This document shows, piece by piece, positions 30,276-39,864 of a stretch of DNA of 64,000 nt. A program made the translations under genes and the position numbers. Source of the DNA: a virus; the IMG/VR virus record IMGVR_UViG_3300021375_000011, positions 56,836 to 120,835 of that record; one strand, written 5' to 3'. Within the stretch, counting starts at the first letter, position 1. Each line of letters begins with the position of its first letter. The notes under the pieces are model-generated. The model did not search any database and was not told the DNA's origin. It was given only the letters and a program-made list of their open reading frames with translations.

Positions 30276-31229
30276 ATGACATATACAGTAGGTTCAACCA
30301 TTGTAGACGACGACTACAATATATTTGCAACGGGAAATGCCGCTGGCTCCGGTGATGACAGTGTAAACAATATTAATACTATATTGGGTACAGGAACTGG
30401 TGATAAAGGCTATGGGCAATCAACTACCTTGCCAGCAGTTAGTGCAGGTGGTACTGTAGCAGCCACAAACTGGGCAAACTTAGTAGCCAGAACTGCTACG
30501 CTCGCAGCACACCAAGGCATATCTATAACATCAATTACTCAGCCAAGTGCTGGAGATACAGTTGCGGTTTTTGCTGCTTTATCACAGAACATAACAGATG
30601 TAAATACTAACAGAAATTTTGCAGCCGCAGAAGGATCTGACTCATCTGTATCAACTACTTCAACTGCAGGTTGGAACAACAGTGCAACACTATCAAAAAC
30701 ATTTACGTTTGCAAGTGCAAATCAGTTGAGATACTTTTTTAATGCAGGTGGACAAATTCGTTTGTCATGGAGTAGATCAGGTGGTACAACCAGTGATCAA
30801 AACACATCATGGACAAACTTGTTAACTGCTTCAGGTACATTGGTACTCACTGGTGCAGCCGCAGCTAAAACTATTAACGGTGTTTCATACACAGGCCTAA
30901 CAAAAATTGGTGGCTCAGGTTCACCTACTACACTTAATACAACAGAAGGTGCATACGCATTAGATGGTACACCATCATTGAACTTTAAACAGGTACCAAG
31001 TGCACCATATGGTTCAAACGAAATTGAAGTTTCATATAGCATATCGGGTAATGTAATAACAATTTACACAGACTTATCAGATGACTATGCTCCACCGGAT
31101 CCAGCATCACCTGATAACATTGACGGAACATTAACACAGGTATCAACTGTACGTCCGCCAAGTACAGCACAACTAAGTGATACTTGGGGAACTGTTACAC
31201 AAAACACACCAAGTTGGTCACAGACATAA
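30276..31229 (+). CDS. Virion structural/tail-associated protein
   Basis: 317 aa, S/T/G-rich, RYFFNAGGQIR motif; late promoter upstream, AAGGA RBS, terminator downstream. Confidence 0.65.
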   Translation: MTYTVGSTIVDDDYNIFATGNAAGSGDDSVNNINTILGTGTGDKGYGQSTTLPAVSAGGTVAATNWANLVARTATLAAHQGISITSITQPSAGDTVAVFAALSQNITDVNTNRNFAAAEGSDSSVSTTSTAGWNNSATLSKTFTFASANQLRYFFNAGGQIRLSWSRSGGTTSDQNTSWTNLLTASGTLVLTGAAAAKTINGVSYTGLTKIGGSGSPTTLNTTEGAYALDGTPSLNFKQVPSAPYGSNEIEVSYSISGNVITIYTDLSDDYAPPDPASPDNIDGTLTQVSTVRPPSTAQLSDTWGTVTQNTPSWSQT

Positions 31230-31247
31230 TTTTATAACAAATACTAC

Positions 31248-31279
31248 AAACCCTAGTTTTTATTAACTAGGGTTTTTTT
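31248..31279 (+). terminator. Rho-independent terminator closing the structural module
   Basis: AAACCCTAGTT-TTTATT-AACTAGGGTTT followed by a T run. Confidence 0.9.
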
Positions 31280-31295
31280 GTGGCTAAGTATTCGC

Positions 31296-31592
31296 ATGCA
31301 AGATTTAGTCAAAAGAATACGCAAAAGATTTGATCATCAGCAAGCAAGGCTGGTGCTTAAAGAAACATATCAAGCAAAAATGATATTTGCACACAATGGC
31401 GGTATGTGGCGTGCTGGTCCAGAGCTTTTAAGTTTATGTGAAATTTGTGATGATACTGCAATACTACTAGACATATACGATACACCAGTACAAGTAAACA
31501 CCGATGAACTACAAGTAATCGCCTTACAACTCTGGCAAGAACAGATGAATGCATGGCATGCTGAATATGAAGAAATGTCAAAACAAAGATGA
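31296..31592 (+). CDS. Hypothetical protein, first gene of the modification island
   Basis: ATG at 31296 preferred to GTG 31278, which lies in the terminator tail; TAAGTA 5 nt upstream; ATGA-coupled to next gene. Confidence 0.7.
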   Translation: MQDLVKRIRKRFDHQQARLVLKETYQAKMIFAHNGGMWRAGPELLSLCEICDDTAILLDIYDTPVQVNTDELQVIALQLWQEQMNAWHAEYEEMSKQR

Positions 31593-32350
31593 CGGTTGGT
31601 GCTTTATTATATGCATTCAACAGTGATATAAAATATACCAAAATTGCTTTAGAATGTGCAAATAGGATTCAAGAATATTTAGATATTCCTGTTAGTATTG
31701 TTACAGACACTGCCTTAAACAATAGTACATTTGACAAAGAAATTATAGTAAGTAAACCAGTAACAAAAAATTACAAATACTGGCAAGACACTGATAAAAC
31801 CACACTGTGGCACAACGCTGGCAGAAGTGGAGCACTTGATGTTACACCTTATGAACGCACCTTACTGGTGGATATAGACTATATGATCAACAGTACTGTG
31901 CTTGAAAATTTACTTAACAGTACACAAAGTTTTTTTGCACACAAAAATGTTATGCCAGCAACCAAAAAAACAACTGTAGAAACATTTGGATTACACAAAA
32001 GCACAATGTGGTGGGCAACTGTAGTTGTATTTGATAAAAGCCAATTCTCAGAAGATGTGTTTGGAATGTGGCAAATGGTTGAACAAAATTATCAGCACTA
32101 TGCAAATGCATTTCAATTTGATGGTCGTAAATTTAGAAATGATTATGCCCTAAGTATTGCACTCTTAGTTGCTAACGGAAATACTGTACCAGAGCATTGC
32201 GATATTCCATGGCCTCTTGTTAATGTTGAGCCTGCAGTTGAAGTCTCTTTAGACGAGGACCGGTGGTCCATTGACGGAAAATTTTATACACGTAACCAGG
32301 ATCTACACATAATGGGCAAAAGTTATTTGGAGAATCTATATGCAATATGA
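31589..32350 (+). CDS. GT-A fold glycosyltransferase-like protein (GT8-like)
   Basis: VSIVTD, TPYERTLLVDIDY (DxD), FRND motifs. Confidence 0.7.
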   Translation: MTVGALLYAFNSDIKYTKIALECANRIQEYLDIPVSIVTDTALNNSTFDKEIIVSKPVTKNYKYWQDTDKTTLWHNAGRSGALDVTPYERTLLVDIDYMINSTVLENLLNSTQSFFAHKNVMPATKKTTVETFGLHKSTMWWATVVVFDKSQFSEDVFGMWQMVEQNYQHYANAFQFDGRKFRNDYALSIALLVANGNTVPEHCDIPWPLVNVEPAVEVSLDEDRWSIDGKFYTRNQDLHIMGKSYLENLYAI

Positions 32351-33107
32351 AGCAGACAACGGCTACATCATACCTGCAACAGAAGAATATATTCAATGTG
32401 CTGAAACACTTGCAAAAAGCATACGCTATTGGCATCCAGATGTAAAAATATGTTTGCTTACTGATATTGAATATACCAATAGTCTATTTGATTTTGTAAA
32501 ACAGTTGCCATGGGGAAACACCGGTGGTTGGTCAAACGATTGGCAAGTGTATCACGCTAGTCCATTTCATGAAACAGTAAAGTTAGAAGCAGACATGATA
32601 CTCAGTGGACCGGTGGACCATTGGTGGACACATTATCGCAAGTTTCCTGTTTGGATCAGTACTGGATGTAGGAATCAATATAATAAAACTGCATACACAA
32701 GACACTATAGAAAAATATTTGATAAAAATAAACTTCCAGATGTCTATAATGCAATTACCTATTGGCGTGTTAGCAGAGAGTCACAAGAATTTTTTAAAAG
32801 TGTTAGACAGTGCTTTGAAAAATGGGATCAAGTAAAAACAGATATACAAGGAGCACAAGACGAAGTTGCAAATACTGATTTAATTTACGCACTGAATGCT
32901 GATGGTTATATTACTCCAGGATACGGCCCACAGATTGTACATTGTAAGCAAGAAGTGTTGCGTACATCGATCGAAGATTGGCATAAAGAACTTATATGGG
33001 AGATAGACAAAGGAGTATTTCGTATAAACGGTTACAATCAACATGGGTTTGTACACTATCATCAAAAACAACTTGCAGTAGAATTTGGCAAATATTATGC
33101 TTGCTGA
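32340..33107 (+). CDS. GT-A fold glycosyltransferase-like protein
   Basis: AETLAKSI...ICLLTD, SPFHETVKLEADM (ExD), C-terminal HYH; resembles preceding gene. Confidence 0.68.
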   Translation: MQYEADNGYIIPATEEYIQCAETLAKSIRYWHPDVKICLLTDIEYTNSLFDFVKQLPWGNTGGWSNDWQVYHASPFHETVKLEADMILSGPVDHWWTHYRKFPVWISTGCRNQYNKTAYTRHYRKIFDKNKLPDVYNAITYWRVSRESQEFFKSVRQCFEKWDQVKTDIQGAQDEVANTDLIYALNADGYITPGYGPQIVHCKQEVLRTSIEDWHKELIWEIDKGVFRINGYNQHGFVHYHQKQLAVEFGKYYAC

Positions 33108-33444
33108 AGACTTTATAAAATTAATAAACGCCAGTGCTGAACTTGTAAACAAACCGGTTGACTTCACATACAGATTGTACTATAATAAAGAAACTGGTGA
33201 ACCCATTGCATATAGTATGGAAAAACTAAAAGGTGATTTTGTCACAGTTACAAAAGAGCAGTATACGGTAGGTAGATATGATGTTATTGTTAAAGATGAT
33301 TGTCTTGTAAGTACAGCTAGTATACAATATCTAAGAAAATTAGTGCCCAGTGCTGATGGTATAGCATGTAATAAAACAAATGTTTTAATCTTAGATGAAA
33401 CAAGTTCTACTAAGTGGAAACTTAAGACAAAGGAATTATTATGA
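33097..33444 (+). CDS. Hypothetical protein
   Basis: In-operon ORF overlapping both neighbours; YRLYYNKETGE motif. Confidence 0.6.
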   Translation: MLAEDFIKLINASAELVNKPVDFTYRLYYNKETGEPIAYSMEKLKGDFVTVTKEQYTVGRYDVIVKDDCLVSTASIQYLRKLVPSADGIACNKTNVLILDETSSTKWKLKTKELL

Positions 33445-33821
33445 AGTACATTATTATTGTGATATTAGGCTTAATATCATTTACTACACATGCTCAAGAA
33501 ATACCAAAACCAATGCCGAAGCCAGAAAGAACACAATTATTATTAAACATGCAGGTTCCATGTAGTCAGCAAGGCATTGAGTATCTTTCAGATATAGTAA
33601 ACGAACACGGCGAACAAGAGTTTGCAAGTGGAGTGTTTGCAATAAAACCAGTATCAAAGCCAGATTTGGTCACGGTTGATTTATTAATGTATGTCAATCC
33701 TAAAACAAGAACGTTTACAATCTTTAGCTATCAAAAAGTCGGTGACTACAATATTGCATGTGTGCTTGCCGGTGGTACAGATTTCACACCATTCTCAGGT
33801 GAGTATAGAAAGAATGATTGA
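33441..33821 (+). CDS. Small exported protein with signal peptide
   Basis: MKYIIIVILGLISFTTHA|QE signal-like N-terminus; two Cys; AAGGA RBS. Confidence 0.65.
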   Translation: MKYIIIVILGLISFTTHAQEIPKPMPKPERTQLLLNMQVPCSQQGIEYLSDIVNEHGEQEFASGVFAIKPVSKPDLVTVDLLMYVNPKTRTFTIFSYQKVGDYNIACVLAGGTDFTPFSGEYRKND

Positions 33822-34737
33822 TGTTGCTGATTTAGATTGTATATACTTGAGCTATGACGAGCCCAAAAAAGAAGAATTTTGGGTAAAAATACGCAACATG
33901 GTTCCGTGGGCTAAACGTGTAGATGGAGTACATGGATCAGATGCGGCACACAAAGCGGCTGCTGACGCAAGCGATACAGAACGTTTTATACTAATTGATG
34001 GCGATAACTTGCCACAAGAAAGTTTTTTCAACGAAACGATCGAATACAAAACAGATCAGTACGAACAAGCAGTGTACAGATGGCGTGCCCGCAACGATAT
34101 AAACGGACTTATGTATGGCAACGGAGGTATTAGCTCATGGACAAAAACGTTTGTACAAAACATGCGTACACACGAAGCAAGTGCGGGTGCAGATGAAACT
34201 GACGTAGAATTTTGCTTTGATGATCTATATTGGCCAATGTACAACTGCTATTCAACTACATATCCTGGAGAAAGTGCAAAACATGCTTTCCGTGCAGGCT
34301 TTAGAGAAGGCGTAAAGATGTGCCTTGATAAAGGTACCAAGCCCAGTGCAAGTGCGTTTAAAGAAAGTGTACATAATAGAAACTTAGATCATTTAACCAT
34401 ATGGCACAATATAGGTGCAGATACAGAACACGGACTATGGGCTATTGCAGGATCAAGACTTGGAACATATAAAACAATGTTGCAGAAGGATTGGAACTAT
34501 AAAGACGTACAAGACTTTGCAAAGTTGGATGCTATATGGGAAGATGTAAAACATCTAGCACCTGGTGAATTAGTAAGTATCAAAGCCGATGATCTTGCTA
34601 GACAACTATCTTTACCAATGAATATCCTTACACCAGTACAAAGTAAGTTTTTTAAACATCATTATCGCAGTAATTGGCACAATCAAGATATTATGACACG
34701 CGAAATTGATGTGATACGGAGCCAAGAAGGATGGTAA
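33814..34737 (+). CDS. GT-A fold glycosyltransferase-like protein
   Basis: Likely start 33814 (MIDVADLD); IYLSYDEP, RVDGVHGSDAAH, FILIDGDN (DxD), AFRAGFREGVKM. Confidence 0.7.
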   Translation: MIDVADLDCIYLSYDEPKKEEFWVKIRNMVPWAKRVDGVHGSDAAHKAAADASDTERFILIDGDNLPQESFFNETIEYKTDQYEQAVYRWRARNDINGLMYGNGGISSWTKTFVQNMRTHEASAGADETDVEFCFDDLYWPMYNCYSTTYPGESAKHAFRAGFREGVKMCLDKGTKPSASAFKESVHNRNLDHLTIWHNIGADTEHGLWAIAGSRLGTYKTMLQKDWNYKDVQDFAKLDAIWEDVKHLAPGELVSIKADDLARQLSLPMNILTPVQSKFFKHHYRSNWHNQDIMTREIDVIRSQEGW

Positions 34738-35807
34738 AAGAACTTTTTGCTGATCTCAGCAAAGATTACAAATATACAATGAATGCAATGCCTCGTGGCA
34801 AAGATGAACAAAAATCAGTTTCTTTTGCCTGTAATTTGCCACATAAAGTAGTAAGCATCGATGACAACTTAAATTGCATACTTTGTATTTGCGATGGTTG
34901 GTTGCCTATACCTGTTGGACAAGTGCAAGACTTTACAAGTTTACCTGAGATTTTTTCAAGCCCAAAAGCAAAAATTTTGCAAGCTGATATTGATGCTAAA
35001 ACCTATACATGGTGTGCAGTGCAAAATTGTGGAATTAAGCATCATAATGTTTTAAGATCTGATTATCAAGTGGTTATTAATATTGACAGGAGTTGTAATC
35101 TGCAATGTCCTAGCTGTCGGCGAGATAAATTTATGTTGACGTCTGGATCTCTGTATGATAAAAAAATAGCCGCGGCAAACCAAATACTTAACTGGTTGGA
35201 TCAGCTTGACGAACCGATCGATATTGTAACAAGCGGTGATGGTGACCCTCTTGCAAGTCTTGTTATGCGTCCATTAATAAAAAATTGGAAGTTTAAACCA
35301 AAGCAGAAGATAACAATAAAAACAAACGGCATGTTAATAAAAAAACAATTGCAAAATACTGAAATGTTACGCAGTGCTCGTTTCAGTATTAGTGTTGATG
35401 CTGGCAGCAAAGATGTGTTTGAAAAAATTAGACTCGGCGGAAACTGGAAAATATTATTAGATAATTTTGACTTCTTAGTTAAAAACAAGAAACAAAAATT
35501 TACATTTTTAAATTTTACTCTACAAAAAGATAACTATCGTGATTTAGAAAACTTTGTGAAATTATGCGAACACTACCAATTTTGTGGCGCAGTGTCAAAA
35601 CTTTGTGATTGGGGGACTTGGAATCTGCAAGATGTTTCACAACCAGATGAGTGGACTCAAAAAAACGGTTACTTTTATGAACATGATGTGTTACAATTAG
35701 AACATGCTAATTATAAAGAAGCCGCGTCAATTTGTACCCAGTTTTTAGATCATCCATTGGTATACATTGATACATCAGTGAGAGAAAAGTTGTATGAAGC
35801 AAAATAA
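34731..35807 (+). CDS. Radical SAM protein with N-terminal Cys-rich auxiliary domain
   Basis: CNLQCPSC (CX3CX2C), SGDGDP, KTNG, ISVD; N-terminal CNLP...CILCICDGW...WCAVQNC. Confidence 0.88.
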   Translation: MVKELFADLSKDYKYTMNAMPRGKDEQKSVSFACNLPHKVVSIDDNLNCILCICDGWLPIPVGQVQDFTSLPEIFSSPKAKILQADIDAKTYTWCAVQNCGIKHHNVLRSDYQVVINIDRSCNLQCPSCRRDKFMLTSGSLYDKKIAAANQILNWLDQLDEPIDIVTSGDGDPLASLVMRPLIKNWKFKPKQKITIKTNGMLIKKQLQNTEMLRSARFSISVDAGSKDVFEKIRLGGNWKILLDNFDFLVKNKKQKFTFLNFTLQKDNYRDLENFVKLCEHYQFCGAVSKLCDWGTWNLQDVSQPDEWTQKNGYFYEHDVLQLEHANYKEAASICTQFLDHPLVYIDTSVREKLYEAK

Positions 35808-37224
35808 AGGCGATGAGGTAAACAAAGATTTTAAATCTAAGTTTCTCAGTGATGCTGAAATAGCAAAACAAAAGCTGGATACAGTAAGTTCAAGTTTCTG
35901 TTTGGCTAAATGGAAACAACTTAGTTTGCATTTGACAACCGGTATGAACAACAGTTGTTATCATCCTCCACTGCACAGAGCTGATGCTGATGCTATCAAA
36001 CTCGACCCCGGTGCATTACACAACACAGAACACAAGAAGCAACAACGTAAGATGATGCTAGAAGGCACACGCCCGCCAGAGTGTAGTTACTGTTGGGCAA
36101 TGGAGGATAATGGCAAACTAAGTGACAGACACTATCGTTCTGGCGAGCCTTGGGCAATGAAGGACTTCGAAACTATAAAGAATGTTCCGTGGGATCAGAA
36201 TATAGTTCCTAGTTATGTTGAAGTAGACTTTAACAGTGCTTGTAATCTTAGTTGTAGTTATTGTTCGCCGCAGTACAGTAGTAGTTGGATGAAAGAAACC
36301 ACACGAGAAGGTGCATGGCCAACCTCAACACCACACAACGACCCTAGCCACTTTGTAGGAGAACGCAGACCAATACCCGCAAGAGAACACAATCCATATG
36401 TAGAAGCGTTTTGGGAATGGTGGCCCTCACTGTATCCAGAACTTGAACATTTTAGAATGACTGGTGGCGAACCAATGATGGATAAAAACACATATCGTGT
36501 ATTTGATCATGTATTACAAAACCCATCACCAAAACTACATTTGAGTACTACATCTAACTTCAGTGTTGAAGAAAAACTTTGGCAAAAGTATAAGGCCTAT
36601 GTAACAATGCTTTGTGAAAAATCAAGCACTGTAGAACATTTCATGCAGTATGTTAGTCTTGATGGAATGTTTGAACCAGCAGAATACATGCGGCATGGAT
36701 TGGACTTTAATTTGCTTTGGGACAGAGTAAACCAGTTTCTTAATGATATTCCAGAACGTAACAGTATTACGTTTATTATTACAATGAACAATCTCAGTAT
36801 CACCACACTTAAAAATTTATTTGCTGGCATACTAGGACTAAGGCAAATATACAGCAACACTTATCAACGTATATGGTTTGATACACCGGTGTTGCGTACA
36901 CCTACTTGGCAAAGTTTGCAAATACTTCCTGAAAGTTATGTACATGAGTTAGAGCTTTGCAAGATGTGGATGGATGATAATTTGGAAAAACCAGAAAAAC
37001 GTTTCAAAGGATTTAAAGATTACGAAGTAGCCAGACTAGACAGAGACATTGCTTGGATGCGTAACGGACAAAACTTAGATTCTAAGTATATACAACAAAA
37101 CAAAGCAGACTTTTACAGATTCTTTAATGAGCATGATAGGCGCAGAGGTACAAACTTTTTAAAAACCTTTCCTGACATGAAAACATGGTGGAATGAGTGT
37201 AAATATTTGGCCGATAATTTTTAG
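35794..37224 (+). CDS. N-terminal twitch-type radical SAM protein
   Basis: CNLSCSYC, TGGEP; N-terminal CLAKW...SCYH...CSYCW. Confidence 0.9.
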   Translation: MKQNKGDEVNKDFKSKFLSDAEIAKQKLDTVSSSFCLAKWKQLSLHLTTGMNNSCYHPPLHRADADAIKLDPGALHNTEHKKQQRKMMLEGTRPPECSYCWAMEDNGKLSDRHYRSGEPWAMKDFETIKNVPWDQNIVPSYVEVDFNSACNLSCSYCSPQYSSSWMKETTREGAWPTSTPHNDPSHFVGERRPIPAREHNPYVEAFWEWWPSLYPELEHFRMTGGEPMMDKNTYRVFDHVLQNPSPKLHLSTTSNFSVEEKLWQKYKAYVTMLCEKSSTVEHFMQYVSLDGMFEPAEYMRHGLDFNLLWDRVNQFLNDIPERNSITFIITMNNLSITTLKNLFAGILGLRQIYSNTYQRIWFDTPVLRTPTWQSLQILPESYVHELELCKMWMDDNLEKPEKRFKGFKDYEVARLDRDIAWMRNGQNLDSKYIQQNKADFYRFFNEHDRRRGTNFLKTFPDMKTWWNECKYLADNF

Positions 37225-37226
37225 AA

Positions 37227-37233
37227 ATAATTA
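37227..37233 (+). promoter_or_regulatory. Late-promoter-like variant 5 nt before ATG
   Basis: ATAATTA-TACAT-ATG(37239) fills the 14-nt gap between two radical SAM genes; no RBS. Confidence 0.45.
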
Positions 37234-37238
37234 TACAT

Positions 37239-38597
37239 ATGCCAAAACAACCCAACGAAACAGATTTAGATTATAAGCAAAGAGTATTGGACCCGCTTAG
37301 TTCAAGTATGTGCGGAGCCAAATGGTACAATGCAACCATATGGTTAGGCAGTGGCATGACCACTAGTTGTCATCATCCTCTTCCGCATAAAGTTAGTGTC
37401 GAAGATGTTATAGCAAATCCAAAAGCACTACACAATACACCACAGAAAAAAGAAGAACGTAGGCAAATGCAGTTTGGCGAGCGACCAAAGGGTTGCGAAT
37501 ACTGCTGGAAAGTAGAAGATATAGGGCGTAAAAATATTAGCGATAGAGTATACAAAAGCGTAATATACACTGATAATGAATTGCAGTGTGCCCATGCCAC
37601 AGACCATAACGAAGATATAAATTTAAAAACACTTGAGATAGCATTTGATAGAACATGTCAACTGGCTTGTAGTTATTGTAACCCTGCATTCTCCACAACA
37701 TGGGTCAAAGACATCAAGAAGCACGGGACATATACCAATTTAGAATCTGATGGAAGGAATCATTTTACACATCCACATGATAGTTCGCAACTGTATAAGT
37801 TCAACGAAACAAACCCTTACATTGAAGCATTTTTCAAGTGGTGGGAATCAGACTTGCATCATACACTTGATGAGTTACGAATAACTGGCGGTGAACCAAT
37901 GATGAGTGGGCACTTATGGAAACTATTAGACTGGTTTAAAGAGAATAAAGGTGCAAGTAAAACACGTATTGCTATTAATAGTAACCTACAATGTAGTATT
38001 GAAGACATAGAAAAATTACTTGACAGGGCAGATAGTGCTCCGCTTGACATATATACTTCAAACGAAAGTCTTGGAAAACAAAGTGAATACATACGTGATG
38101 GATTAGACTGGGGTGTATGGTCTAGAAACTTACACATGCTTGCCAAGAGCAGAAAGATACGCGGTTTGCACAACATGTGTACTATTAATGCATTATGTTT
38201 GGAATCCCTTCCTGAGTTTCTCACGTATTTGTTGCATGTAAAAGAACAACACGGCAGAGATTTTCCTAGTTTCACACTTAACATATTGCGTTTTCCAAGT
38301 TTTCAAAGTGCATTAGCATTACCAGATGAGTTACGCACATACCACAAGGATAGACTACAACAGTGGTTTGATCAAAATGTCAACAACGATTTATTACACG
38401 AACATGAGATAAATCATACACAAAGATTATTAGACTATTTAGACGTGGTAAAAACGCCACATAGTGAGGCATTTGAGACTCCAAAACTACACAATGATTT
38501 TTGGCAATTTTACAATCAATACGATATACGTCGTAACAAAAACTTTGACAAAACATTTCCAAGCATGAAAGAATGGCACAATGAGTTACGACTATAA
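37239..38597 (+). CDS. N-terminal twitch-type radical SAM protein (paralogue of preceding gene)
   Basis: CQLACSYC, TGGEP; CGAKW...SCHH...CEYCW; shares ALHNT, SDR.Y.S, NPY.EAF..WW with 35794-37224. Confidence 0.9.
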   Translation: MPKQPNETDLDYKQRVLDPLSSSMCGAKWYNATIWLGSGMTTSCHHPLPHKVSVEDVIANPKALHNTPQKKEERRQMQFGERPKGCEYCWKVEDIGRKNISDRVYKSVIYTDNELQCAHATDHNEDINLKTLEIAFDRTCQLACSYCNPAFSTTWVKDIKKHGTYTNLESDGRNHFTHPHDSSQLYKFNETNPYIEAFFKWWESDLHHTLDELRITGGEPMMSGHLWKLLDWFKENKGASKTRIAINSNLQCSIEDIEKLLDRADSAPLDIYTSNESLGKQSEYIRDGLDWGVWSRNLHMLAKSRKIRGLHNMCTINALCLESLPEFLTYLLHVKEQHGRDFPSFTLNILRFPSFQSALALPDELRTYHKDRLQQWFDQNVNNDLLHEHEINHTQRLLDYLDVVKTPHSEAFETPKLHNDFWQFYNQYDIRRNKNFDKTFPSMKEWHNELRL

Positions 38598-39864
38598 CAG
38601 TAGCGATCCAATAAAGATAAAGTTAGATGATCTAGAAACACGTGAGCGTTTCCTACTAAGCGAAAGCAAAACATTTTGTATGTATCCTTGGATACATCTA
38701 CACGCATATCCAACAGGCGAAGCATATCCTTGTTGTCATGCTGAAATGGGTGTAGGACAGGTAGGCAACTGTAAAACAAACACCATGACTGAAATATGGA
38801 ATAGTGCAGAACAAAAGCAACTGCGTAAAGACATGCTAACAGAAACAGAGAACAGTGCATGCGGACGTTGTTACGAACAGGAGAAGTCAGGCTTCTTCTC
38901 AGGTAGACAAAGTGCAAACAAGCATCACGGACATCACATACACAGAACAAAAGACACCGCACCAGACGGTGCATACAACGACTTTCAAATGACCTATTGG
39001 GATATACGTTTTTCAAATCTTTGTAACCTGAGTTGCCGAAGTTGTGGACATATATTTTCAAGCAGTTGGTACAAAGATCAAACTGCACTTGCAGGTCCAG
39101 AATGGGCAAAAAACAATAATGTGTTAAACTATGCAGGGCGTTTTGAAACTGACATGATGGACCAACTAATGGAACATCTAGATCATGTTGAACAGATATA
39201 CTTTGCTGGTGGCGAACCTTGCATGATGGATGAACACTATGTTATACTTGAAGAGCTTGAACGCAGAGGAAGGTTTGATGTAAGACTAATTTACAATACT
39301 AATTTTACACACGTAAAATTAAAAAACAGATTAGTATTTGACTACTGGAAAAAGTTTGACAGTGTTGCAGTTGGTGCTAGTTTAGATGCAATGGGTCCAC
39401 GTGCTGAATACATACGCAAAGGCACCAAATGGAGTGTTGTTGAAGAGAACAGACGACAGATGATGGAGATTTGTCCTAAGGTTGATTTTTATATTTCACC
39501 TACGTTAAGCATAATGAATGCACTGCACATTCCTCACTTTCATAGAGAATGGGCTGGTAAAGGTTTGATACAAGCACAAGATCTTAATATAAACATACTT
39601 CAAGATCCAGACTATTACAGAATAGACATTGCACCACAAGAGTATAAAGATCAGATTATCTTAAAGTATGAAAAACATCTTGAATGGTTACGACCACTTG
39701 ACCAATTAAACAGAGCAACTGTAGGGTTTGAAAGTGCAATACAATATCTTAAAACAGACAATACACATTTACTAGAAAAGTTTTGGCAAAAGACCAATCA
39801 ACTTGACAGCATACGCAACGAAAATATACTTGATGTAATACCAGAACTTGGAGCATTAAAGTGA
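38581..39864 (+). CDS. N-terminal twitch-type radical SAM protein
   Basis: CNLSCRSC, AGGEP, YNTN; CMYPW...PCC...CGRCY. Confidence 0.9.
   Translation: MSYDYNSSDPIKIKLDDLETRERFLLSESKTFCMYPWIHLHAYPTGEAYPCCHAEMGVGQVGNCKTNTMTEIWNSAEQKQLRKDMLTETENSACGRCYEQEKSGFFSGRQSANKHHGHHIHRTKDTAPDGAYNDFQMTYWDIRFSNLCNLSCRSCGHIFSSSWYKDQTALAGPEWAKNNNVLNYAGRFETDMMDQLMEHLDHVEQIYFAGGEPCMMDEHYVILEELERRGRFDVRLIYNTNFTHVKLKNRLVFDYWKKFDSVAVGASLDAMGPRAEYIRKGTKWSVVEENRRQMMEICPKVDFYISPTLSIMNALHIPHFHREWAGKGLIQAQDLNINILQDPDYYRIDIAPQEYKDQIILKYEKHLEWLRPLDQLNRATVGFESAIQYLKTDNTHLLEKFWQKTNQLDSIRNENILDVIPELGALK

Noticed and set aside
33691-33813. N-terminal extension of the 33691-34737 ORF
   Set aside because: Overlaps the exported-protein gene; similarity to the paralogous domain begins at MIDVADLD (33814).
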